DNA of 34,511 bases from an uncultured Candidatus Saccharibacteria bacterium (GTDB lineage: Bacteria > Patescibacteriota > Minisyncoccia > Sungbacterales > SURF-37), in assembly GCA_964373475.1 (NCBI GenBank), contig CAYJUX010000001.1, positions 1-34,511 on the forward strand. The letters are read 5' to 3'. The position numbers were made by a program, and so were the translations under genes. Under the pieces are notes generated by a model, which saw only the letters and a list, made by a program, of their open reading frames with translations, made no database searches and was not told the DNA's origin. How positions within the stretch are numbered: the stretch's first letter is position 1; each line of letters starts with the position of its first letter. This document shows, in pieces, positions 1 to 8,604 of the stretch.

Positions 1-33
1 CCATTATACTACACCCCGGAATGCCGTTAGATC

Positions 34-243
34 TTATTTCTTTCCTTTATGCAATGTCTTGATACAGGCGACGCAGGCCTTGACCCGTTTTTTGGACGCC
101 AAGCCCGCCTGACCGGCAGGCAGGCGCACCCATTGCAGGTTGGGGTATTTGCGCTCTCTCTTGGTAAGATTGTAATGTCCCCGGAGGAGCTTTCGCTTGC
201 CGGCCATGATGGAGCCCTTGCCGCAGATGGCGCACTTTCGCAT
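34..243 (-). CDS. rpmB: 50S ribosomal protein L28 (Cys-rich form)
   Basis: 69-aa ORF MRKCAICGKG...RGHYNLTKRERKYPNLQWV. It has the L28-type YN-x-T...PNLQ core plus CxxC...CxxC. Confidence 0.85.
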   Translation of the reverse strand: MRKCAICGKGSIMAGKRKLLRGHYNLTKRERKYPNLQWVRLPAGQAGLASKKRVKACVACIKTLHKGKK

Positions 244-246
244 GAG

Positions 247-374
247 TTTTACCGATTACGGATTGAATACGGATATACCGATACGATTGGGTAAGGCGTG
301 CCTATAGTACAACAGAAGATAAGACCGTACAACTCATTCATTCGTAAATCCGTACAGATCCGTAATCCGTAAAG
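247..374. repeat. Long imperfect inverted repeat, family D copy 1 (TTTACGGATTACGGAT-type words)
   Basis: The left arm tttaccgattacggattgaatacggatataccgatacgatt pairs with the right arm cattcgtaaatccgtacagatccgtaatccgtaaag. Same word family as 13538-13640. Confidence 0.8.
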
Positions 375-376
375 TT

Positions 377-1021
377 ATGGATTCCGCAATTTTCATCGTC
401 TTCCAGCTCGCCATCCTGATCTTCTCCGTGATCATCCACGAGGTTGCCCACGGCCTTACGGCCAACGCCTTGGGTGACCCGACGGCCAAGCATGCCGGCC
501 GTCTGACCCTGAATCCGGTAAGCCACCTTGATCCGGTCGGGTCCGTCCTCGTGCCGCTGGCCAGTTTTTTCCTCGGCGGTATTATCATCGGCTGGGCCAA
601 ACCCGTACCCTATGATCCCCGTAATCTTCGCATCCGGAACCAGGATATCGGCTCGGCCATTGTCGGGGCGGCCGGGCCGGCCGCGAACATACTGATCGCG
701 CTGATATTCGGCTTGGCGCTCCGGAGTGGGGGCTCCTGGCTAGCACTATTCGGCAGCGCGGCACCCCCGCTTATGGAAATAATCGGCGCCATCGCGTTCT
801 TAAATTTGGTGCTGGCGGTCTTCAACCTCGTGCCTATCCCGCCGCTCGACGGCTCCAAGGTCCTCTTCTCTTTCCTCCCGGCGCGCTGGTATGGGCTCCG
901 GAGCACGCTGGAACGTTACGGTTTCATGCTCCTGCTTTTCTTTATTTTCTATTTCTCCCAGTGGATCAGTCCTATTGTCCAGTTTCTCTTCCGGGTCATT
1001 ACCGGTCTAGCCGCGTTTTAA
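377..1021 (+). CDS. Site-2 protease family (peptidase M50-like) membrane zinc metalloprotease
   Basis: 214-aa hydrophobic ORF with an HEVAHG (HExxH) motif followed by GDPTAK..GRLTLNPVSHLDPVGS, typical of the small S2P/M50 family. Confidence 0.8.
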   Translation: MDSAIFIVFQLAILIFSVIIHEVAHGLTANALGDPTAKHAGRLTLNPVSHLDPVGSVLVPLASFFLGGIIIGWAKPVPYDPRNLRIRNQDIGSAIVGAAGPAANILIALIFGLALRSGGSWLALFGSAAPPLMEIIGAIAFLNLVLAVFNLVPIPPLDGSKVLFSFLPARWYGLRSTLERYGFMLLLFFIFYFSQWISPIVQFLFRVITGLAAF

Positions 1022-1266
1022 ATACTTGACCGGATGGGGCCGCTCGCATACCATAAGTCGGTATATCTCCCATGCCCGGTAGTGAAACTTCGAACAGGCC
1101 GCCCGAGTTCGATGTGCTGGAAACGCTTCTTGGGGGTGACAGAATTGCCGGGCAGGTGCGGTTTCCGGGGCGGCCAGGGAGCATTCCGTACTGCATTTTC
1201 CAGGGGTATGCAGTATATAACGTTTTCGATGGTTCTTAATTTTTATTCGAAGTTCTACTACCGGGC

Positions 1267-1677
1267 ATGCCGACTATCAGCCAACTCATCAAGCACGGCC
1301 GCGAGCCGCGCCGTTACAAGCCCAAAGCGCCCGCGCTCCTCAAGGGTTTTAACCTTTTAAAAAATCGTCCGGTGGAGTACCCGTCGCCCTTTAAGCGCGG
1401 CGTCGCCATTAAGGTGACGACCGTAACGCCCAAAAAGCCGAACTCCGCCCTGCGCAAGGTGGCCCGGGTCCGCCTGACCAACGGCATGGAGGTCACGGCC
1501 TATATCCCCGGCGTCGGCCATAACCTGCAGGAGCACTCCATCGTGCTCATCCGCGGCGGCCGGGTAAAGGACCTCCCGGGCGTGCGCTATCACATCGTGC
1601 GGGGCGTGCTGGATACCGGGGGCGTAGTAGGCAGGAAGCAGCAGCGCTCAAAGTACGGAGCCAAACGCCCCAAATAA
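1267..1677 (+). CDS. rpsL: 30S ribosomal protein S12
   Basis: [12 protein letters not shown]...[18 protein letters not shown]...[18 protein letters not shown]; canonical S12. Confidence 0.97.
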   Translation: MPTISQLIKHGREPRRYKPKAPALLKGFNLLKNRPVEYPSPFKRGVAIKVTTVTPKKPNSALRKVARVRLTNGMEVTAYIPGVGHNLQEHSIVLIRGGRVKDLPGVRYHIVRGVLDTGGVVGRKQQRSKYGAKRPK

Positions 1678-1790
1678 ATCTCTAAATCCTAAACCCTAAT
1701 GTCTAAACAAATTCAAAACTCAAATCTCGAAACACTTTGACATTGGAGATTATTTAGAGATTAGAGATCCGAGATCAGAGATTTTCACAG
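1676..1790. repeat. Long imperfect hairpin, family E copy 1 (CCTAAACCCTAAT / TCTCTAAAT words)
   Basis: aaatctctaaatcctaaaccctaatgtctaaacaaat pairs with attatttagagattagagatccgagatcagagattt. Shares cctaaaccctaatNtctaaa and cgaaacac with 15021-15158. Confidence 0.7.
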
Positions 1791-1791
1791 T

Positions 1792-2259
1792 ATGCGGCGG
1801 AAGCGCAGCGTTGAGCGACAACTGGATCCCGATCCGCGCCACGGCAATACGCTGGTCACGAAGTTCGTGCATTACGTCATGCGCCAGGGCAAGAAGTCCA
1901 TAGCCGAGAAGGTCGTCTACGGCGCGTTTGCCATTGTCGCGCGGGAGACCGGCGAGGATCCGCTTATTGTTTTTCAGCGCGCCATTGCCAACGCCTCGCC
2001 GCTCCTGGAGATCAAGTCGCGGCGCATCGGCGGGGCCAACTACCAGGTGCCCCGCGAGGTGAATCCCAAACGCCGTACGGCGCTGGCATTCCGCTGGATC
2101 ATCGGCGCGGCCCGCGCCAAAACGGGCAAGCCCATGGCCTCAAAGCTGGCCGAGGAACTTACCTTGGCGGCCAAGAACGAGGGCATCGCCATCAAACGCA
2201 AGGCGGACATGCATCGGATGGCCGAGGCCAATAAGGCCTTTGCCCATTTCGCGTGGTGA
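1792..2259 (+). CDS. rpsG: 30S ribosomal protein S7
   Basis: 155 aa, MRRKR...LVTKFVHYVMRQGKKSIAEK...RRIGGANYQVP...AFAHFAW; canonical S7 at the syntenic position after rpsL. Confidence 0.95.
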   Translation: MRRKRSVERQLDPDPRHGNTLVTKFVHYVMRQGKKSIAEKVVYGAFAIVARETGEDPLIVFQRAIANASPLLEIKSRRIGGANYQVPREVNPKRRTALAFRWIIGAARAKTGKPMASKLAEELTLAAKNEGIAIKRKADMHRMAEANKAFAHFAW

Positions 2260-2299
2260 AATTGAGCCGCAGGCGAAGGTTTCCCAGTTGCGAAATGGA

Positions 2300-2452
2300 G
2301 CACCCCGCACGAATTTTACGCCTCTGAATGGGTTTAATATGGATAAGATTGAATATCAGAGAACATCTCGCGGCGCGCGTGGGCGAATAGCCCATCCCGC
2401 TTCGGGCGCAGCGCGTCGCCATGGTAGGGTTCGTAAAATTCGTGCTGGGGTC
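2300..2452. repeat. Structured palindromic element, family A copy 1 (MITE/REP-like, 153 nt)
   Basis: Terminal inverted repeat gcaccccgcacgaattttacg / cgtaaaattcgtgctggggt. The core gcgtgggcgaatagcccatcccgcttcgggcg is homologous to the copies at 7337-7487 and 14647-14798. Confidence 0.8.
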
Positions 2453-2472
2453 GCCCATTTTGCGCGGTAGTG

Positions 2473-2639
2473 TGCTTCGCATATCACGTTTTTCTCCACG
2501 CCTCTATTTTGAGAAAATCGCTTCGCGATTTTCAGCCAAAGGATCCCACCGCCCTTTTGCCCCCCGCAAAAGCCCTGGGCTGCCGACTGGCAGCCCGTCG
2601 CTCCGCGACCCCGATGGAGAAAAACGTGATATGCTTCGC
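2473..2639. repeat. Inverted-repeat element, family C, flanked by the direct 8-mer TGCTTCGC (TSD-like)
   Basis: 18-bp IR atatcacgtttttctcca (2481-2498) / tggagaaaaacgtgatat (2615-2632). The direct repeat tgcttcgc occurs at 2473-2480 and 2632-2639. Three internal perfect hairpins: gaaaatcgc-ttc-gcgattttc, cttttgc-ccccc-gcaaaag, gggctgcc-gac-tggcagccc. Confidence 0.7.
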
Positions 2640-2653
2640 TGATGATTAACGTA

Positions 2654-2800
2654 TGGAATTGAAGAGCGAGGAGAAAATAATCCAACTGATGACCGAGATG
2701 CGCGACATCATGCGTAAGCACGATCGCGGCGTGCGCCCCACGGTATTGATATTGCTTGTTCTACTGGCAGTGCTGGTTATTGTTACTTGGCTCAAATGAT
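2654..2800 (+). CDS. Possible 48-aa tail-anchored small membrane protein (speculative)
   Basis: ATG-started ORF MELKSEEKIIQLMTEMRDIMRKHDRGVRPTVLILLVLLAVLVIVTWLK with one C-terminal TM helix. No clear SD. Below the ORF-track length cutoff. Confidence 0.25.
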
Positions 2801-2849
2801 TTTTAATTTTGATCTGTCATTTTGATTTTTGCATTTTGCATTTTTATTT

Positions 2850-5024
2850 ATGCCCCGCGATTACCCCATTGAACGCACGCGCGATATCGGCATCATCGCG
2901 CACATAGACGCCGGCAAGACCACCGTCTCCGAGCGCATTTTGTTCTACACCGGCATTTCGCATAAGATCGGCGAGGTGCATGAGGGCACGACCGTCATGG
3001 ACTGGATGGAGCAGGAGCGGGAGCGGGGCATCACCATCACCGCCGCGGCGACCAACGTATTTTGGATGCCCACGTATCTCTATCCCGGCGGAAGCCCGCC
3101 TTTGCCGGAGGCCATGGCGGACGCTCAGTTTTCCAGTCAGATCAAGGATCTGAAGAAAGCCGGCGAGTACCGCATTAACATCATTGATACGCCGGGGCAC
3201 GTGGACTTTACGGTTGAGGTGGAGCGATCCCTGCGCGTGCTTGATGGCGGGGTGGTGGTGTTTGACGGCGTGGCCGGCGTGGAGCCGCAGTCCGAAACCG
3301 TGTGGCGCCAGGCCGACAAATATAAAGTTCCCCGCATCTGCTTCATTAATAAGCTGGACCGTACGGGCGCCTCATTTGATTTTTCCCTCCGTTCCATTCA
3401 GGAGCGGCTGACCCCCCATACGGCCGTCCTTACCGTTCCCATCGGGCTTGAATCCAATTTTGAAGGGGTCATTGAAGTGCTTTCCCGCGAGGCCGTCCGC
3501 TTTTCGGGTGCGCATGGCGAAGTGGTCAAGCGCGAGCCCGTTCCGGAGGAACTCCGGAAAACGGCCGACCAGTGGCATCGTCGCCTCGTAGAGCAGATAG
3601 CCGAGACCGATGACGCGCTGACGGAGCAGTATCTGAAAGGGGAGGAAATACCGGTCGAGACCCTGAAAACCGCCCTGCGGAAAGCCACGATTTCTGCGCG
3701 GCTGGTTCCCGTTCTCTGCGGTTCGGCCCTGAAAAATAAGGGCGTGCAGCTGGTGCTGGACGCGGTCATTGATTACCTGCCCTCGCCGGCTGATATGCCG
3801 CCGGTGAAAGGCATCAATCCGAAAACCGGTGCTGAGGAGGAACGACCGGCCAGCGACAACGCGCCCTTCGCGGCGCTGGCTTTCAAGCTCCAGACCGATC
3901 CTTTCGTCGGCCAGCTGACATTCTTCCGGGTGTATTCGGGCACGCTTGCGGCCGGTTCCTATGTGCTGAATTCGACGCGCTCCGAATCGGAGCGCATCGG
4001 CCGGATCCTCCGCATGCATGCCAATCACCGGGAGGAATTAAAGGAGATCCAAGCCGGGAATATCGGGGCCATCGTGGGCCTTAAAGGCACGCGCACCGGG
4101 GACACGCTCTCGGACCCGGAGCATCCCATTCTCCTGGAGGAGATCTCCTTCCCGGAGCCGGTCATGTCGCTGCGCATTGAGCCCAAGACCAAAGCCGACC
4201 AGGAAAAACTCGGCGTGGCCTTGCGGCGCCTGGCCGAAGAGGATCCGACATTCCATTTGAAGGGCGATCCGGAAACCGGGGAGACGATCATTTCGGGCAT
4301 GGGCGAGCTGCATTTGGAGATCATTGTGGACCGGATGAAGCGGGAATTTTCCGTGGAGGCCAACGTCGGCCGCCCCCAGGTGGCCTACAAGGAAACCGTT
4401 CGCGCCGCGGCCGAGGCCGAGGGCCGCTATATCCGCCAGTCCGGCGGCCGGGGACAGTACGGCCATGTATGGCTCCGCGTGGAGCCGGCCGAGCGCGGCC
4501 AGGGCTTTGAATTTTCAAACGAGATCCGGGGCGGCACCATTCCCCAGGAATTTATTCCGGCCGTGGAAAAAGGCGTCAAGGAAGCGCTCGATCGGGGGGT
4601 GCTGGCCGGGTTTCCGCTGGTGGATGTCATTGTGGCGCTCTATGACGGCTCGTACCATGAGGTGGATTCCTCGGAGGCGGCGTTCAAGATAGCCGGTTCC
4701 CTTGCCTTGCAGGAGGCCGCGCGCCGCGGCGGCCTGGCGCTCCTCGAACCCATTATGCGGGTAGAGGTGGTTACGCCCGAGCAGTTCTTGGGCGAGGTGA
4801 CCGGAGACCTTAACGCCAAGCGGGCGCGCATTGAGAGCATGGATGAGCGCGGCACCGGCATTAAGGTGATCTCCACCAAGGTTCCGCTGGCCGAAATGTT
4901 CGGCTACGCCACCACCGTGCGGTCGTTGACGCAGGGGCGGGCCAGCTTTACCATGGAGTTTGATCATTACGAGGAAGTCCCGGCCAATATCACCCAGGCC
5001 ATCGTCGAGGGAAGGGCTAAATAA
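2850..5024 (+). CDS. fusA: Elongation factor G
   Basis: [25 protein letters not shown]...[13 protein letters not shown]...NKLD; full-length EF-G. The ATG at 2850 is preferred over the TTG at 2829 used by the ORF track. Carries a ~31-aa G-domain insertion. Confidence 0.95.
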   Translation: MPRDYPIERTRDIGIIAHIDAGKTTVSERILFYTGISHKIGEVHEGTTVMDWMEQERERGITITAAATNVFWMPTYLYPGGSPPLPEAMADAQFSSQIKDLKKAGEYRINIIDTPGHVDFTVEVERSLRVLDGGVVVFDGVAGVEPQSETVWRQADKYKVPRICFINKLDRTGASFDFSLRSIQERLTPHTAVLTVPIGLESNFEGVIEVLSREAVRFSGAHGEVVKREPVPEELRKTADQWHRRLVEQIAETDDALTEQYLKGEEIPVETLKTALRKATISARLVPVLCGSALKNKGVQLVLDAVIDYLPSPADMPPVKGINPKTGAEEERPASDNAPFAALAFKLQTDPFVGQLTFFRVYSGTLAAGSYVLNSTRSESERIGRILRMHANHREELKEIQAGNIGAIVGLKGTRTGDTLSDPEHPILLEEISFPEPVMSLRIEPKTKADQEKLGVALRRLAEEDPTFHLKGDPETGETIISGMGELHLEIIVDRMKREFSVEANVGRPQVAYKETVRAAAEAEGRYIRQSGGRGQYGHVWLRVEPAERGQGFEFSNEIRGGTIPQEFIPAVEKGVKEALDRGVLAGFPLVDVIVALYDGSYHEVDSSEAAFKIAGSLALQEAARRGGLALLEPIMRVEVVTPEQFLGEVTGDLNAKRARIESMDERGTGIKVISTKVPLAEMFGYATTVRSLTQGRASFTMEFDHYEEVPANITQAIVEGRAK

Positions 5025-5070
5025 CGTACGGCGCAAAGGCGGCTAAAGGCCTCAACGGACACCCCGGCCA

Positions 5071-5098
5071 TTGAATTTTTACCCCCCTTTGCTATATT
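5071..5098 (+). promoter_or_regulatory. Sigma70-like promoter candidate TTGAAT-16 nt-TATATT
   Basis: ttgaat at 5071-5076 and tatatt at 5093-5098. The ATG at 5107 lies 8 nt after the -10, implying a leaderless or near-leaderless mRNA. Confidence 0.45.
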
Positions 5099-5106
5099 CC
5101 TAAAAT

Positions 5107-5412
5107 ATGTTCGACCAGCTAAAACCTATCATGCAGAACGGCGAGCGCTACATCGTCGTGGAAGGCGGCAGGCCGGAGTATGTACTGATGCGCTTTTCCG
5201 ATTATGCCCGCATCGCCGGTCATCGGGAAAGCACTGGCGTTAGAGGCGAATATGGACGCGCGCCGGGGCAAAACCCGGGCGAATGGGAGCGCGCCAATGC
5301 GGAACTGGAGGAAGTGCGCGCGACCGAGCCCGCGGCGCGCACGGCCGATTTTGGTACCGCCTTCCCCTCCGCCGACCCCACGACCATCCGCCTGGAAGAT
5401 CTCCCGCTCTAA
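5107..5412 (+). CDS. Small protein with a Phd/YefM-antitoxin-like N-terminal domain; no toxin partner present
   Basis: 101 aa. The N-terminus NGERYIVVEGGRPEYVLMRFSDYARI resembles the Phd/YefM beta-strand core. The C-terminal half is acidic and low-complexity and ends in EDLPL. Inserted between fusA and tuf. Confidence 0.5.
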   Translation: MFDQLKPIMQNGERYIVVEGGRPEYVLMRFSDYARIAGHRESTGVRGEYGRAPGQNPGEWERANAELEEVRATEPAARTADFGTAFPSADPTTIRLEDLPL

Positions 5413-5427
5413 ATGGCGGGCGGGGTA

Positions 5428-5456
5428 TTGACCGTTGGCCAGTGGCTTGCTAGGAT
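5428..5456 (+). promoter_or_regulatory. Promoter candidate TTGACC-17 nt-TAGGAT upstream of tuf
   Basis: ttgacc at 5428-5433 and taggat at 5451-5456, 64 nt upstream of the tuf ATG. Confidence 0.35.
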
Positions 5457-5519
5457 GAATTTTGTTGTCCTTGCGCCGGAAAGGGCGCACATTCATTAAC
5501 GCTTTTTTGTTTTATTGCT

Positions 5520-6713
<1,194 letters not shown>

Positions 6714-6725
6714 GGAAGTTTGCAG

Positions 6726-6747
6726 GCGCGCGGCTCGAGCCGCGCGC
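6726..6747. repeat. Perfect 22-nt GC palindrome / hairpin after tuf (processing or attenuation site?)
   Basis: gcgcgcggc-tcga-gccgcgcgc, not followed by a T-run. Confidence 0.5.
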
Positions 6748-6780
6748 TTCATGATCGGCACTGCTTGTTCTTTCCCCACT

Positions 6781-7113
6781 ATGGCGACCCCGAAGGAAGT
6801 TGAAGTGAAGCCCCGCATCCGGATCCGCGTCCGGGCCTACGACTCCAAGATCATTGACGCTTCGGTGCGTCAGATCGTGGATACCGCGCGCCGGCACGGC
6901 GCCGAGGTCATCGGGCCCGTGCCCCTGCCGACGGAGATAAAGAAGTACACGGTAAACCGTTCGTCCTTCGTGCATAAAGACGCGCGGGAGCAATATGAGA
7001 TGCGGGTGCATAAGCGCCTCATTGATATCGTGAGCCCGACGCCGAAGACCATTGACGCGCTGATGAACCTGACCTTGCCGGCCGGCGTGGATGTGGAGAT
7101 AAAGATGCAATAG
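6781..7113 (+). CDS. rpsJ: 30S ribosomal protein S10
   Basis: [51 protein letters not shown]. The ATG at 6781 gives a normal S10 length; the ORF-track start at 6751 is a spurious extension. Confidence 0.95.
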   Translation: MATPKEVEVKPRIRIRVRAYDSKIIDASVRQIVDTARRHGAEVIGPVPLPTEIKKYTVNRSSFVHKDAREQYEMRVHKRLIDIVSPTPKTIDALMNLTLPAGVDVEIKMQ

Positions 7114-7132
7114 ATCGGTCGGTGGATAGTTG

Positions 7133-7172
7133 CCCCTCACCAGTTTCCCGTGCCAAAGAAACTGATGAGGGG
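7133..7172. repeat. Hairpin with family-B-like CCCCTCACC ends
   Basis: cccctcaccagtttc-(10 nt)-gaaactgatgagggg. The ends match the CCCTCACC termini of the elements inside rnpB. Confidence 0.6.
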
Positions 7173-7336
7173 GAGCGATCCGCATCGCTTCACTCGGTTG
7201 TATGGAATTCAATAGCCCCACTGGCTAGTCCAAATACGTAACCCCGTGTTGCTTTTAGGCGCCGGGCAACCGGCTTTTTCATTTGCCGGCCTGCGAGCGC
7301 AAGCCCGTGGCGCCGCGCGAGCAGCTGCCGCAAATG

Positions 7337-7487
7337 AACCCCGCACCAATTTTGCCGGCGCAAAGGGGGCAGCGTGGATGCGCCCTCGCGATCGGCAAAC
7401 TCATGCGAAGCGCGTGGCCGAATAGGCCGTCCCGTTATGGGCGAAGCGCTTCGCCGTGGCATACCTCGCAAAATTGGTGCCGGGGTT
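7337..7487. repeat. Structured palindromic element, family A copy 2 (151 nt)
   Basis: TIR aaccccgcaccaattttgc / gcaaaattggtgccggggtt. Core gcgaagcgcgtggccgaataggccgtcccgttatgggcgaagcgcttcgcc. Confidence 0.85.
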
Positions 7488-7503
7488 TGCTGCAAGAACA
7501 TCC

Positions 7504-8103
7504 ATGAAATTCCTCCTGGGCAGAAAACTTGGCATGACGCAGGTCTTTGACGGCGGGAGCGCTGTTCCGGTCACGCTCATTGAGGCCGGGCCCCTCTCGG
7601 TCATCCGTGAAAAGACCGAAGCCAAGGACGGCTACGCCGCCCTCCAGCTGGGATTTGGCACGCGGAAGACGAAGCGTATCGCCAAACCCCAGCGTGGAGA
7701 GTGGAAAGACCTCCCCGCTTTTGCCGCGGTGCGCGAGGCACGGGGCATGTCCGGCAAGACCAGGGGCGAGACGCTTGACCTCACCCAGTTCCAAACGGGC
7801 GACATCGTGAGCGTCGCCGGTATCTCCAAAGCCAAGGGCTTCCAGGGCGTGGTAAAGCGCCATGGCTTCCACGGCGCGCCGGCCACGCACGGCACCAAGC
7901 ACGCCCACCGCGAGCCGGGCTCCATCGGGCCGACCTGGCCGCAGCGCGTTATCAAGGGGCGGCGCATGGCCGGGCGTATGGGCGGAGAGCGCGTGACGGT
8001 CCGGAATCTGAAGATCGTAAAAATAGACCCGGAGCGGCAGTTAATCGCGCTTGAGGGAGCAGTTCCTGGGAGACGGGGCACGCTCGTTGAGATCAGGGGA
8101 TAG
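7504..8103 (+). CDS. rplC: 50S ribosomal protein L3
   Basis: MKFLLGRKLGMTQVFDGGSAVPVTLIEAGP...; canonical L3 N-terminus at the ATG at 7504. The ORF-track start at 7456 reads through repeat A2. Confidence 0.95.
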   Translation: MKFLLGRKLGMTQVFDGGSAVPVTLIEAGPLSVIREKTEAKDGYAALQLGFGTRKTKRIAKPQRGEWKDLPAFAAVREARGMSGKTRGETLDLTQFQTGDIVSVAGISKAKGFQGVVKRHGFHGAPATHGTKHAHREPGSIGPTWPQRVIKGRRMAGRMGGERVTVRNLKIVKIDPERQLIALEGAVPGRRGTLVEIRG

Positions 8104-8157
8104 GGTCTGCTTGATAGTTTATAAGTTTAAAAGTTTGTAAGTTTATAAGTTCGGGTG

Positions 8158-8230
8158 CTGATCCCGCATCTATATCAATGGTATATACCATTGATATAGA
8201 TGCGAGGGAGTACCTTCTCTGCGGGATCAG
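8158..8230. repeat. Nested palindrome: 38-nt perfect palindrome inside an 11-bp outer inverted repeat
   Basis: gcatctatatcaatggtatataccattgatatagatgc (8166-8203) is perfectly self-complementary. Outer arms are ctgatcccgca and tgcgggatcag. Flanked by AAGTTTRTA-type low-complexity words. Confidence 0.9.
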
Positions 8231-8271
8231 GAGTTAGGGAATAGGTTATAGGGATTTCGGGGCGTCCGAAT

Positions 8272-8302
8272 AAAAAAAACGCCATGACGTTTCGGGTCAT
8301 GG
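8272..8302 (-). terminator. Rho-independent terminator for the antisense gene 8297-8551
   Basis: Minus strand reads ccatgac-ccgaaac-gtcatgg followed by cg + T8. The stem overlaps the stop codon. Confidence 0.6.
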
Positions 8303-8551
8303 CGCCGCGCTGGCACGGCGCGTGCGGTCCTCCTGTCGCATAAGGAGTTCAAGTATGGTTGTTGCGCCGAGGACCGCTTCGGTGCCGAGGTGCCCCTCAA
8401 GACCGATGAGGAAAAGTTTCAGTGCTGGCGTTTCCTCGTCAATCACCGCATGGATCCGCCGTTGAAACCCCGAGGGATCCCTGGTGTACTCTGCGAACTG
8501 TAACAGGCAGAATTCATCAGTCAACTGAGAGAGTAGCTGGCGGGTGTGCAT
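8297..8551 (-). CDS. Hypothetical 84-aa protein encoded antisense to the S10 operon
   Basis: ATG start preceded by GAGGAG 5 nt upstream (rc of ctcctc at 8557-8562), with its own terminator. Predicted helical (MHTRQLLSQLTDEFCLLQFAEY...); no family recognised. Confidence 0.55.
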   Translation of the reverse strand: MHTRQLLSQLTDEFCLLQFAEYTRDPSGFQRRIHAVIDEETPALKLFLIGLEGHLGTEAVLGATTILELLMRQEDRTRRASAAP

Positions 8552-8604
8552 TTTTTCTCCTCAACGGTAACGCGTGCCAATTCGTACTGATACTAATAAT
8601 ACGG

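Noticed and set aside
1022-1266. SRP RNA, tmRNA or 6S RNA in the rpsL upstream region; also in 31365-31753
   Set aside because: None of the diagnostic motifs were found by eye: no SRP helix-8 GGAA tetraloop with AGCA-type internal loops, no tmRNA GGGG...tRNA-like 3' end with GGTTCGA.TCC and CCA-proximal acceptor. A covariance-model scan is needed to be certain.
7456-7503. N-terminally extended ORF-track starts for rplC (7456), rplD (8422), rpsS (10066), rplV (10793), rplN (13088), rpmC (12589), rpsJ (6751), fusA (2829) and the NUDIX gene (19441)
   Set aside because: The extensions run through upstream genes or repeat elements and are not homologous to the protein families. Internal ATG codons reproduce the canonical N-termini and typical gene junctions.
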